Origin: Bugula neritina
Taxonomy: Eukaryota > Animalia > Bryozoa
Direction of reading: 5' to 3'
Length of the DNA: 64,000 bases
Assembly: GCA_964035545.1 (NCBI GenBank)
Contig: OZ037767.1
Coordinates: 1,003,680 to 1,067,679 of the forward strand
Notes under the pieces: model-generated
Told to the model about the DNA's origin: nothing
The model's database searches: none
What the model saw: only the letters and a program-made list of their open reading frames with translations
Part shown: one piece after another, positions 1 to 14,217 of the stretch
How the letters are laid out: each line of letters starts with the position of its first letter
Numbering within the stretch: position 1 is the first letter of the stretch
Program-made: the position numbers and the translations under genes

Positions 1-2355
1 GATTCTGAGTCTTACTCTTAGTGATAGTGATAGTCTAAGTCTTACAGTTTGAGTTACTACTTAAAGTTAGTACTTACTTTAACTTTGCTTCTAGTTAATC
101 CGTGTTATAAAATTAAATATAGGTATTATATAAAATAATTAGTCAAGAATATACTTTGGTTGACTTAATAAAATCTCGTTCAACCTGAATTAATGTGACT
201 ACAAACATCCAGATGGAGATATTCGCGAGTGCGTAGGCCTGAAGCCACGGAGAGCTCTGTGAATGAACAGCGGTAGTTGGAGATCTATAATAATGCGACC
301 TCGATTATCGACCAATAAAATGAGCATAATAATATAAAGAAACGCTCAGCCGAACGACCATTCACTTCGATTGACTTTCGCAGATTGGGTTTGAAGATAG
401 ATTTGCGATGAGAGGAAAATGTCGTTTTCATCGTGTTGTCGTTCGGTGAATTTTATTCGAATACGTTCGTTGTTATTATGAATCTACCTTAATTCTAGCA
501 TGGCCCTCATCGCTTGAGTAGCTGCCTAAAAAGCCGGTTAACATAATTTCAACAGCTATTGCCAACTAAATTAGAGGAGATAACCCCCTAAAACTTTTTC
601 AACCCTGCGATTCTGAAACATGGAGAATAATATTACAAGAATAGTTTTCAACTATAGACTAATAAATTCAACCAGTAGTGTTTATTTTATTGTGGTTTTT
701 GAAATATAGAATAATTTTGTTTCAATTTTTTCATTCACATAAAGTTGTAAATACCCAAAAAGATGTAAATCGTGGCCAATGCGACCCAATTAATTTACCA
801 GGGTAGTAAAGAAAATCACAAATTGTGAAAAATATTGTGTCTGTGACCATTAGTTTCTATGGAAACGAGGACAGAGCAATGTATAACTTTACTAATGTAA
901 GAGAAGTTGAGTCTGCTTATACCATTAGATTAGAGAATGCATTAACAACTCTAAGAAAGAGTATGCAACTTTACCACACTATACTGGAAACATGCCCAAT
1001 AGGAGGAAGCAGCTTAACTATTCTAAAAACTAATACGGAGCAAAATTATTTATAATATTAAAATACAACTGCAGCGTCAAGATGACTTGTCTTTCATAGT
1101 GATATCTGTTTATGTATGCATAAACTTATTTACACCACAGCTTCTCAACAAATACATGTTAGGTATATGATGTGTAAGTTACAACTTGTTTTTAAAAAAG
1201 TGTTTCAATTTCAGACTTTTTTCAGTCTTTTTTGTGTGATAGTGAGAGCAACTCTGTCTTGTTATCAATTATTTATAGTGCAATAATATTATCTTAATTA
1301 TATCTTAACAGCTAGGCTAGCAATTTAATTATGAATAGGCATACGAGAAACATTTTTTATTACCTTATCACACAAAATAATTAACTAGTATTACAGGCAC
1401 CACTGTCTCTATCTTCCATATTGAACACGCTATACTAGTACTATTCTTTGGTTTTATTCTGATCAATGTTTTATATTAATTTATTATCTATTAATAAAAT
1501 TCTTCCCTCTACTCAATTTGAATGCAGCTAATTTTTATCTTGTAAAGGATTGTGCTTGTTTGTATGTAAATATATGGTCTAAACTCTAAACACTGCTCAA
1601 TCAGAGTATGTGGGCCTTCTGCTTCAGTCATAGCTCTATCCTTGAACTTAACTTTAACCCATTACTACTTGGGATGTCACCATTACTATGACGGTAATCA
1701 GGGTGGGATGAGTTGGTGTTTGTCCATGAAGTCAGGTGGGCATGCCATGTCTCATCAACCAATGCTTGCAACATTTCAAAATGATTAAAAAGCGGGAAAA
1801 AAGTTCACATCATGCTATTGACTCCACCCGCAATGTTAAAATTGTGCTAAAATCTTACTACAATAAACAAAACTTGCCCATGAATTTATACTATTGGTAG
1901 GGCATAGCTTACACGATGAGCTGCGAGTTTATTGGCTACTCTAATGACGAGTTGCAAGTTTATTGGTTAAAATTTTTCACTCCAGCAACAGACAAAATAA
2001 TAGAACAAAGAAAATAAAAAATATTTATCAACAATAAAAGAAACGAATAAATCAACAGCTCCCTTAATTTGTCATGAACAGTCTCGTTCAATGACCAAAA
2101 ATAAATATTTCTACAAATAAATAAGTATTACAGGTTCTAAGAAAGTTAAAAGTTTAAAAACTTGGATGATTTGCGAACTAGAATTGGGCATCCTACAAAC
2201 TTGACTAGGAGTAAAGCTACACACAGTCTTACATGGAGAAAAAGCTACCAAAACTCTTTTTTAATTAAAATGTCACATAAGTATAGAGATTGGCGCGTGG
2301 AGTAAAATATAGAAAAGTGGCAAGTGTTAGGAGTTGTCCCAACAATAAATAGTCG

Positions 2356-5300
2356 CTAAAGGCAAGTGTTCTCGTCTGACTGAGGGTCAATTGAAAAGTA
2401 AGAGGGACGGTTGTCAGGTACTCCATTACTGTGAGTGGATTTCAGTCTAACACTAGCCTGTCTCTCAAACAGTTCATCCTCAGAGCTCTCGTCATCCAAA
2501 ACTAACGCTACAAAAGTGAAAAACAATCAGGCGCAAAAATAATATTGTTGAATTTTTGAAAAATTCAGCCCTTGCTTGAAGGGTTTTGAGTCTTAGGAGT
2601 ATTCATACCAGCTCTGTCGGCATCAGGAGTAGCGGACGACCTTGACCTTTTAGGAATATCAAAATAGGTGACTTCCCCTCCAGGCCAGAATAGGTGAACG
2701 AGTATGGAGACAAATATGAAGTCAGCGCCGAGCTGTATACCTGTGAACAAAGCGGCAGCACTAGAGAATCCAAATAGCTGCCACTGGAAACACTTGTCAA
2801 CAGAACATTTATTCCTTGTTCTACTTTTTCGATAGCATTTTAGTGTCTACTTATAGTTTCATTAGCAACAATTAGCTAAAGATGTTACCTGACAGTGTTA
2901 CAATGATGAGCCAACATACAACTACACACAGCTAACTTGTATAAGAGAAAGCGTGAACTCGATTCTATAATGTGTATCTCTAGAGTGTATTTTACAATAT
3001 ATGATGGTGAAGTCACCATGAGTTAAGTAGCATCTAATCTCACACTACTATATGGCCCCATAGCCAGCTGGCCCCATAGACTACTTACTAAGTAGACATT
3101 TAAACCTCCACAGTGCTGCTATCTTCGGACTCACTAGGACTATGATAGGTAAATAAATAAACCAGACGAGGCAGGCTGCACCAAACTTGGTGTAGAACTT
3201 TCTCTTGTAGTCACTATCCTCTCGAGCAAAAGAGTTTTGCAATTCGTACAGGAAGTAGAACATTATGGCGCACCGGAACACGAGGACAAAATAGCTTGGG
3301 GTCGTTTGCCACTCATCCAAATCTCTGATAGGATCCGCAGCTAACTGAAACACACACTATATTATAAGTATGCTGGCGTAGTCTTACACTATCTTAAACT
3401 GAAACCTCCAACTCTATCAGTACTATGTTCAAAAGAAAGATTGCTATCAAGACTTATTTTTGAGTAAAACAGTGAAGTCAAAGTTATAGTGAATAAAATC
3501 ATTTTCAATCTATAGGAGCACAAGTAGCACGGTTATTGAAGTTTGAGCTGACGACGGCCTTTCAGCCAGCCTCTGATTGGAAGTTAGCAGACGTGACCTC
3601 TGCAGACGTACAATCTTCAGGTGGCTGACCAACGGTTTGATATGGGAGTTGATGGCAGAAGAGGCATTCGACTGTAGTAGACCCTGGCTGCTAAATTTTA
3701 ATAGAGTCTTCCATGCAAGATAGTGGAAGTATATAACTTTTCTAATAATTTATGGTCATGTGATCATGTCATGTGATCAAACTAATGCAGTTTCAGCAGA
3801 TGATGAAACCCAAGCAAATATACACTCATTGCATATCATCACAAAGCAAGAGTTTGAGATCTGATATGACTATGACTCCGACTGAGAGATTGACTTTTAG
3901 TAGAACAACAGTTGACTGAGTACGTGAGTACTTACCAACATAAATATATAGAGTATTAGATTCACAACTGTATACACTGCCCATACGACATGCAGCAACA
4001 ATCTTCCTTGCAGCTGTTTACTAGTGACCGTCCAACCCTTGGCGATATACAGTAGCTCCAGCATCATTGCACTTTGAGTGCACACGTCAATGATGTTACC
4101 CATAATTCTCAGCGCATTTACTCCCTCGCCATTCAGTGCAAACACAGATATGTGCACTAAGTTGAAAAATATTCCAGTTACCTTTAAAATAAAATAAACT
4201 ATAGTTAAATTAATACAGTTTCAGCAAAGAATGATTTACAACTAAAAGAATCAATTCTTTCCGTCAGCAGCATAACAACTTTAAATTTGGATTTATAACC
4301 TACACTTTGAGTTGAATCAACCAATTTGTGTTATTCACCTCCAGCTTAAATATTCTTTACTCCAAGACATTTAGACTTTGTGTGGGGTGAAGATGACTTA
4401 CCTTTAGAGCAAGTATACCAGTGAGTAGCCATATTAGAAGATGGCTGTACTGTTTAAATGCCCAAATCTGAACGAGAAGTAGGAATCCATTGAGCACGAG
4501 CAAGGCCAAGTATATCTCAAAGACATCATGCAATTCAAAAGAAAACTGGTGTTCAAATGGGTTCAGCTGTTTGCAATCAGGGTTACCATTAACAAACCAA
4601 ATGTCATAGTCAACCTTCAAGTCCAAAGAGCTGTTATAAGTCCATTGGCAATGTTTAGGATCTCGTAGACGGGAACATGCTACCAAACTTATATACCAGA
4701 ACCTGCCAATGAAAACCATATCATTCCTTGATATTTTCATAGGTAAGTTTAATCACATTTGATTCTTACAATTAAAATAATATAATTATTAAATACATAA
4801 TAAATTAGACTGCATGCAGAAGTTCTAATTATGCAATAGAGAGAGAAAAGTGACAATCACTTGCCTGGGTTGGTTCAGATCTATTATGCGATAAGTAAAT
4901 TGATGGCCTGCTAAAACAGCAGATGTGTTTCCCAACTCTTCTAAACAATAGCCATCACTAGGACATGGTATTCGTCTGAGAAAATCTTCTACACCATTTT
5001 GAACACAGTAACTATCCCATGCTATTTGGTCTATTTTACTAAACATATTTGTACACCTCCGTGGTATGTCTTTTTCGCTTTGAGCATAATATTGCACAAA
5101 ATACTGACTATCTACTACTACTAGATACATATCATAGTTAACAGATGTTATATTAAAGTTCTTTGCTGTAATTCTCCCATAAATATAACCAGTTGTACCT
5201 GGCTTATCGTTTTTATCTACTTTTTGAAAACCGAATTTGGCTAAGAACTGAAAGAAATCGTGATTATTGAATGTGCCGGTGAGGTGCAATCCTTTTACAC

Positions 5301-5382
5301 TGTGATAGAACAAAAGCTGAATTACTAATAGACGCAAAATGGGAGAATAGTATAGAGCTTCACTTCCTCTCCATGGCTGCAT
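2356..5382 (-). CDS. GPR180/TMEM145-family (intimal thickness-related receptor-like) multi-pass membrane protein, 6 coding exons
   Basis: Exons 5382-4865, 4702-4402, 4181-3936, 3344-3089, 2740-2609 and 2507-2356 have matching phases. A signal peptide is followed by FLAKFGFQK..GYIYG, QPRFWYISLVAC, NPFEHQFSFE, IAKGWT, KRKFY and HLFWP, typical of the family. Intron 1 is GC-AG. The last exon, ending ENTCL*, is inferred; read-through would instead stop at 2565. Confidence 0.85.
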
Positions 5383-5829
5383 TATCTTATGTAAAACCGA
5401 ATTATACTTTTGCTCAACTTCTATTAAAATCAAATGTTGATCACTTTTCCTTGCATAGTATTTGCCTACAAATATATGAGAAAATCCCAAATCAAAAATT
5501 ACGAGTACCATTATGTATTACTATTATAGTTATAACTAATATTAATATTTTGCGTTTATTAATATTATCATTATTATTGTAATATTGATTAGCAAATTAG
5601 CCAGATTTACTTTTAGTTTTACTCTTAGATTACTAACATTTTTAATTTGAATAGAATATTATTAAAAACAATAATAATTCTGTTTGTGATTTTATCTACA
5701 ATTGCCATGTAGAATAATATCATTTAATATTAAATTGTTAATAATGAAAACGCAATACTAATACTCGTAGTAGTTATACTTATAGTAATATTAATAGTAG
5801 TTCACTAGTTGTATTTTTCTAATGAAGAA

Positions 5830-6155
5830 TAGGAAACCGGAAACTTTTACATGGCATTTATTTACGAGTCGCTAGCGAGAAGATAGCGAACGCTACTATG
5901 GATCAATAAAAGAACGTCAAACAAACCAACATCGTAATTTTGCTTAGTTTCTTAAGTGTGATAAGCGAGGTCGCAGTTCTTGAAATAACTTTTCTACTCT
6001 CTAGAACATGAGCTAACTAAATTTTGATAGCCACGATTTGGTAGGTTTATTTTGTTTCTATACACCAGTGACACTGGAAAATTTCATGAAATTTTATAAT
6101 ATCAATATGAGTGACTCGCCAACATTGTCAGTGTGGTGCTAAGTGAAACTGTAAG
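5830..6155. promoter_or_regulatory. Probable bidirectional promoter core (GPR180-like / Pellino) and Pellino non-coding first exon
   Basis: Locally CpG-rich island between head-to-head genes, with ETS-like ACCGGAAA near 5836 and a consensus donor GTAAGT at 6150. Confidence 0.5.
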
Positions 6156-8530
6156 TTACTCTTCATAATTGTTGTCGATTAAATTTTTAATTACTATCTT
6201 AATTTTTATGCCATAGGTCATTGCACTGATTTATTTCATGCCCATGGCCCATGGTGATGGGATATGCTTTGAGTTGATGATTATCATTATAAAATTTAAT
6301 ATAATATTATTATTATTAATATTAATAATAATATTATTGATAATTAATATTGTATTACTATTAGTATTAGTCATAATGATTGATAATGATAATCATATTG
6401 ATAATGATAATTGATAAGGATTAGGGCTTAGGCCTAGGAGTAGAACTGTAGGAGTACTGGAGTAGGGTAACACTTAGTAACTGTAACTGTAAGCCGTAAG
6501 GGTTGCTTTAACTTTAAGTATAAATTATTGAATATAATAATTATATTTATAGTTTAAATATTTTCTAATAGTAATACTAATACTAATAGTAATAGTAATA
6601 CTAATAACTAAATATTAATAAGTCTAACTCAGTATCACTGTAACTAATGTAACTGGAAGTGTAAGTTAAAATGTATCACTATCAGTACCACTAAGTTAGA
6701 GTGACTATGACTATAACTTATGAGTTATAAGTAAAATATACTCAATCTTATAAGTATAACTATAAGTATAAATAAGTATAAGTATAAGTGTAACTATTAC
6801 ACTTACACTTACAGTAATACTATTAGAAATTAGTATTACTATAACTATAAGTATAACTATTAGTTATACTATTACTAGTACTATACTAGTATTACTAACT
6901 ATTAGTATTACTATTACTATTAGTGTGACTATGAGTATCACTATCAGTGGGAGTGTTACTGTTACTAAAACTATAATATTAACTTAAACTATAGTCTAAC
7001 TCTATTAATATTACTATAAGTATTAGTATATGTCTAATTATTACTATAAGTATTACTATTAGATTTAGTATAAGATTAATATGTAATCATAATGAGTCTA
7101 AGGTTAAGTTATAGTTACTAATAGTACTAGTAATGCTCATAGTCATTATGATTACCTATTAATCCTTATACTTGTACATCAAAGTTTAGGCTATAGCTTT
7201 AGTAACACTGATACTAATACTAATAGTTATACTATAAGTATAAGTACACACTACTTATAGCTATAGTGCACTATCATACTGACTATTACTCACTATAAGT
7301 AATCAGATTTTATAATGATTATCGCAATCATAGAAATAGTGATTTTTATTCTTAAATAAAATTAAATCTAAACCTTAGCATATACGCAGTTACTTTTGGT
7401 GCTAGCCTTAGTGTTAATCATCAATTCAATATTACTATCACTATGAAAATTAACCATCAGATTTTCTTTTAACTTAGGTCTGACATAGTGAAACTTCACT
7501 GTCACAATATAATATTAGTTATATTTAATACTAATACTAATTAGTAATTATCAAAGTAATACTTATGGTCATGTTTGTCATTATACATCGATATCTAATA
7601 TCTCACACTTTTTATTTAGGCTAAATCATTCAAGTTTTTGAGAAGTACAAAATTATCCATCTACTAATATCTCAGTAATTATGGTAATTGTGTCAAGATA
7701 TCAGTAAGATTTGCATTTAGATGGAAACGGTAGTTATGTTATTAATATTGCAGGTATAATATATTCAATGTCATTATTGCTACTTGCACTGCTAACTTTA
7801 ATGGTAAATATTAAAGAGGCAGTACAGCAGGAAATATGAATGTTTATGCAGTAATTTGTCACTTTGTAATTAGCATATATATTATGACAGTCATGAGATA
7901 AATATAATAATAATGCCGATGTTGGTAATAGATATAAAGTTTTGTCCATATTCATGTGTACAATCTATTGCTGGGTATGTGTGAATTTGTAAAATGTGAA
8001 TAGGTATAGTATGGTATAGCTATTGGGAGCACTTTTAATATAGCAAATATAACTGAATAGTTGGTATAACTCAAATCAACTATCAAAGTTAGTAGCAAGT
8101 CTGTAGCTATTTCAGCAATTGTTGCACTAATACCAAATATTGCAATGCCAGTGTGAGTTATTGCATACGTTCAGTAATGCCAGTTATTGCATACCAATAA
8201 TAATTGACTACAGTGACAAGTAGTTGCAGGTAAGATGGCACTCACAACCCAATCAATAATCCTAGTCTGAGCACTAACTAACTCTATTGTCACCAACACA
8301 CTGGCTTTAGACCAGCTATGCTCTATGATACAGCTGCTTTAGTACATGTAGTCAGGCTGTATACTTGTTCTAATGGCATTGTCAGTTGTGTTTTATTGTC
8401 TCTTCTGGTTTTTTATTTGCCGGCTCAAGCAATTACAGCAGTCTCTGAAGATTGGTATAGTAGACAACTATTGCTAGCTGCAATACCCAACATTCAGATA
8501 TTAACTGAATGTAGAAGGTTCCATAGTTGT

Positions 8531-8730
8531 AAGGGGTGTAGTGTAGGGGGTATACTGTAAGGGGTGTACCGTAGGGGTTGTCCTGTAACTAAGGGGTATA
8601 CTGTAGGGGGTATACTGTAAGGGGTATACTGTAGGGGGTATACTGTAAGGGGTGTACCGTAGGGGTTGTCCTGTAACTAAGGGGTATACTGTAGGCCGTA
8701 GGGGGTATCCTCAATCCTGTAGGGGCTGTA
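8531..8730. repeat. G-rich ~20-bp minisatellite (GGGGTATACTGTA-type)
   Basis: Repeated GGGG(G)TATACTGTA(A) with a higher-order duplication. Confidence 0.9.
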
Positions 8731-9530
8731 GTGTATATGTTTCTCATTCATGTTTATATCTCGCATTGCTTCCTTTTATTACATATTTTCTATTTTATTT
8801 CCTTTTGAGTCACAAGTTTCGTCCAAAAATGAAAATTTGGTCTTGTAACTGATACGTTGTGTCTATATTATGTTGTTGGTGGTCTGTGACAGCATGATGT
8901 CTTCATCTAGTTAATGTACCTCTTCTGATAGTGAGTGACACTGGCTTACCATTTATCTCTTAGTGTGACTATTGTAAAATCTCAACCTACTTTAGCCAAT
9001 ACATCACAACATGGGTGTTTGCTCCAGCAATGCTGAGGCAGAGCATCCCATTGGCCAGTCTGTCACTATGAGAACCGGATGTGTAGAAGTCAGCCTCTGG
9101 ACCTAGTCTTATCTGCTCTGCAATTCTGTAATCTCCAACTGGAGGAATAACTGATTTTAATTACCATTTCATAACATTTCATAATGCTGATGCAACTCTT
9201 CCCTGTCTCTAGTGTTTATAGCAGGAATATCAGCTACAGATGAGACAATTTTACTCCTATAAACATTCTACCTAGTGACTCTCTACAGTACACTCAGTAA
9301 TTGAAATGTATTCAGTGTATATGCTGCTTTTCACAACAGCTGCTAGCTCTTCTTTTGTCTTCTTTCTCAACTCACCTATCATAACCATGCAGCTGTAGTG
9401 AAGAATGCAGAAGACACTCTACTTGTTGTTTCAAGTGGCTGTTCTTTGTCCACCATGTTTTATGGTGCCTCACTCATTCGATGGAAGACTAGACAGAGAG
9501 GGTCTCATGCTAGATGTAGCCTGTGTTCTC

Positions 9531-9670
9531 CTGTATAGTGAGTGGATACAGGAGTATAGTGAGGGGGTACAGGAGTATAGTGAGTGGATACAGGAGTATA
9601 GTGAGTGGATACAAGAGTATAGTGAGTGGATACAGACAGTATAGTGAGGGGTGCATAAGTGTAGTGAGGA
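9531..9670. repeat. 21-bp minisatellite GTATAGTGAGTGGATACAGGA
   Basis: About 6 copies; explains five overlapping spurious ORFs. Confidence 0.95.
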
Positions 9671-10179
9671 GTACATCTACCATCTCTGTGGTTAAGAAAG
9701 GTCTGAAAATGACGTAACATTTCACTCCTCCAGCTGTCAGACAAAGACAACTACTTCCTAAACACAGCTGAGAGAGAGTGAAAGTCACTACTGGTGGGCT
9801 GGGAGAGGTTGAAATTCTCTCTAAGGTTTAGGCATGATGCCAAAGAATGCATCCAAAGTGTAACACTCAAGATATTCATTCCTCAGCTTTTCCATGATCT
9901 ACTATCAGCCATGCTGGAAGAAAGCTACAAAAACCATGATGAACTTTGTAGTTACGTAAAATGATTAAAATATAGGAAGTAACCTGCAATGAAATCCTTC
10001 ACATGATAATTCATTGCAGCTTAGCTCTAGTAGATAAATGACTATTAGTGAATAAATTACTCCAAGTTGCTGTGTAGTGGTGGTGGCAGTTTGTTGAAAG
10101 GTTTTTGTTTGCCTTTTGAATTAGTGGGAATAGATTGAGTTGCTGTAATCAATATGAAAATGACTAGACTTACTTAGCT

Positions 10180-10350
10180 TGGTATGGTAATATACCATGG
10201 TAATATAGTATGGTAATATACCATGGTATGGTAATATACCATGGTAATATAACATAGTAATATACCATGGTAATATGACATGGTAATATACCATGGTATG
10301 GTAATATAACATAGTAATATGACATGGTAAGGTACCATGGTATGGTAATA
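10180..10350. repeat. Minisatellite of GGTAATATACCAT / GGTAT units
   Basis: Direct inspection. Confidence 0.9.
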
Positions 10351-11057
10351 TAAAATAGAAATGGTATTCAGGTGGAAAGAGTTAGAACTGGTAGCTAAAC
10401 ACGAGTTTATAAGAATAATTACAGAGAATATCTAACCAACTGCTAGCTCTGTATATAATTATGTCAGCTCAGGTTAACCTGGCCCTCCACTCTCTTTCCT
10501 TGAATATATAGCTCACACAATAATTAGCACATTTACATAACAATAATGAATAACCAATGAGTATTTTTAGGCCATAGTTTAATAATTAGGAGGTAATTGA
10601 TGAGCCCTCTTTGTGTATGTTAGCTAGTATGAATGTGTAGCATCAATAAATATATTTAGACACTTTCATCTGTATCATATTATTTGTTCTATGACAAACT
10701 TTGTTATCAATGGGGTCAAATAGACAATCAAAAAGTGAAGCTTTTTGTAGTTTGTGGTTTGAAGTGGTACCTTTTGTTTTGCTCTATAATCTCGTCTACT
10801 TACTTTTGGCATTAATTTTACACAATAAACTCCTTTGTGTAATTCCAGTGTCTTCATTAATCTTGGTGATCCCTAGTCAGGCATGTTCAACTCAACAGGA
10901 TGCCGCTAACTCTAGTTCTCTAACTCTATTAGTATCAGCAGATACCCATAGCAAATGTCTCAACTCATCTGGGAATTGTTCATTTAGGTAACATTCAATC
11001 TAGTCGTCTACCCACACCGCCACTATTCCCGAGTCTCCCTCTCTTCCCTCTAAAGCA

Positions 11058-13987
11058 ATGGCTGCCGATGTAGAACTGAGGCTGCCCTGTCTGGAGCACC
11101 AGGACACGCTGCTAGTGGCAGAAGATGATGTTGCCGCAGACCCAACTCCACAATCACCGTCAAATAGAGAGAACAATCCGACAGCACTAGTAGTTAGCAG
11201 TACAAACGCTAGTCCCCTGATAGACACTAGTAACCATAGTGATACGACTACCTCCAGCTTCTTACCAGCTGCTAAGTCAGGTCAAGGTCAAAATATACTG
11301 AGTTCCACAACCACAGCTGATACTAGTTTGGGGACGGAGCCTAGTGGTCCTGTGAAGTACGGAGAGCTGGTAGTACTGGGGTAAGTACGGAGAGCTGGTA
11401 GTACTGGGGTAAGTACGGAGGGCTGGTAGTACTGGGGTAAGTGTGATGTACCAACTCTGCTCAACCTTTATTTACAAGAATAATATGTTTCCATTGTGTT
11501 GCTCTGATTTGTTATGATAAAATTTATTGAAACTCCAAACAGCCCCATGTTGAGTGTTTTAAGTTTATTTTAAAAAAACACAATGGTTTGATTTAATCTC
11601 TCTTAAAGCTGTGTAATATTCGGTATACATTATAGATATTACTGTATACACTGTACATGTAGCTGTTGCTGTATACACTGTAGCTGTTACTGTATACACT
11701 GTAGCTGTTACTGTATACTCTGCAGGTGTTACTGTATACACTGTAGCTGTTACTGTGTACACTGTAGGTGTTACTGTGTATACTGTAGCTGTTACTGTAT
11801 ACACTGTAGCTGTTACTGTATACACTGTAGCTGTTACTGTATACACTGTAGCTGTTAATGTATACACTGTAGCTGTTACTGTGTACACTGTAGGTATAAC
11901 GGTTCGTTGCCAATTACTGAAACCAGCCGTAAAAGAAGTAAATTTAGTCTACAAAGAAGATTGGAAGCCAACAGTGTGAAACCATCAAACAAACAGTTTA
12001 TTGCCAACCCTAAAGAGAAAAAGGTATCCATAGTATTCATATTTCATAGCAGCAGCTTGTATACAGTATATACTATACAGTATATACTATACAGTATATA
12101 CTATCCAGTGCTGTGGCTGCCTTGTGTACCCTGGGCAGTTGTCAAGGTCGTATCCTTAGCAACCAAAATAATAGTGAGAATAATATTACCACTTACTTTG
12201 GGCACTGTAGCAGTAGAGATGGGGCTAAATCTCGTACTATTTCTATCATACTGAAGTCGCTTCAGGTACTACCTCATAGACTGGGAATTCCCTAGCTCGT
12301 TCTATTTCATCATGCTCCTGATAACATTGTGAAGAAGGGGGTGTTCTTTAGTAAAAGAGATACATTGTGTATTCTCTGTTGTTACATACATACAGAATTC
12401 ATTGTGGCTATTTCATATGTGGATATGCATGTGGTTAAGCTGATGTATAATTAGCATGAGCTCTAGCTTATCTACAGGTCAATGGTAGGGTGGCTAACTG
12501 GAAACCTCCATTCCACATCCTGTTAATAACTAAATTTGCCATCTAAATATCCATGGTAGAAAATATGTTACATTCCTAACCCTGAGCTGGTTAAAGCATG
12601 CGGAAAGATTACATGCAATCTGGATAGTGACTGACCGTGTAGCTAATACTCTTACCTCAGTGTAGAGTTAGTGTATACTGAGGTTTTATTAGTAAACAGT
12701 TGGACCTATACACTATACACAATAGTGTAGTAACTATTTTGTAGTAACTTACTAAAACCATCTGTTCCTGACTTTCACTGTAATTAACTCATCTAATAAC
12801 CAGCTACACTGAAAGTATCCAATATTATTTTTAAATTATAATATAGTAATTATCACTCTTGTAACGTGGCTGCTTTAGAGCCATTACCCACCCACCTAGT
12901 TAATTATACAAGCCACAAACGTGATGTAATTGTGTATGATTAGTTACCGCTAGCTAGTTGCTAGATGACAACCTCAACAACTAGTAGTAGCACTAGTAGT
13001 AGTACTAGTAGTAGTACTACTACTACTAGTACAACATAGTGTAAAAGTGATTTCACTTCAACCAATTGACCTTGGTGACCTCAGATGCTCTCGAAGTATC
13101 AAAACAACAACAAATGTTTAGTAGAAACTTCTTTGTTAATATAAGTCGCGATTGGCTGTCTAGCAGCCACTCCAGTCACTGTTCAGGTCACCCAAGGTCA
13201 CTAGACCTGGCTGTTTGCTAGTAGGTGAACCATGCGTGTAGAAGGGTCATACTACAGGAGCTGCTCGTCTCAGCTGCCCAGGCAGCAAGTTTAGAGATAC
13301 GTATGAGTCATGGAATAAACAAGTGAATGCCACATCTACCTGCATATGACTAGTTATTTTGCTGTAGCGTGACGTGTGTTAGTCACACATCTGGGTGTCA
13401 AGCTATTGCTTATGTTCAACAAATACATGAATACATGAAGCTATATATGAAGTAACTACTTGCAGCACTCAGGAGGTGATAATTCTAAGCACTCGGTGTC
13501 CTACACTCTCTCTAGAACTCAAGCTGTGGTGGTTGAGTATGAGAAAGATGAGCATACAGACATGTTTCAGATAGGCAGGTCTTCAGAAACTCCTATAGAC
13601 TTTGTGGTAACAGATACATTACCAGGTAGGTGGGGTTGTACTAGCCCCTACTTCACACTCACTGCAATACAGAGCTAAGGCTAAACTGAATAACTTGGTG
13701 ACACATTTTATTGTAATGATGAAAATGTCTGCATATTCTGTACTACTATTACTTACTATTGAATTACATACTACTACTACTACTGCTACTACTACTACTA
13801 CTACTAATACTACTACTAGTACTACTACTACTACTGCTACTAATACTACTACTACTACTGCTACTACTACTACTACTACTACTACTACTATTGCTACTAC
13901 TACTACTACTAGTACTACTAGTACTACTACTACTACTAGTACTACTACTACTACTATTGCTACTACTATTACTGATACTACTACTGA

Positions 13988-14026
<39 letters not shown>

Positions 14027-14182
14027 CACTACTACTACTACTACTACTACTAATACTACTACTACTACTACTAATACTACTACTAGTACTACTACCACTA
14101 ATACTACTACTAGTACTACTACTACTACTACTACTACTAGTACTACTACTACTACTACTACTACTACTGCTACTACTACTAG

Positions 14183-14217
<35 letters not shown>

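Noticed and set aside
825-1055. 76-aa ORF and other isolated 60-90-aa ORFs in AT-rich intergenic or intronic DNA
   Set aside because: Many have non-ATG starts, and none has a recognisable motif or phase-consistent splice partners.
9405-11979. Overlapping repetitive ORFs (QEYSEWI, YTVTATV, SYSVYSN etc.; likewise 15031-15622 and 29904-30092)
   Set aside because: They are translations of minisatellites, with no coding signal.
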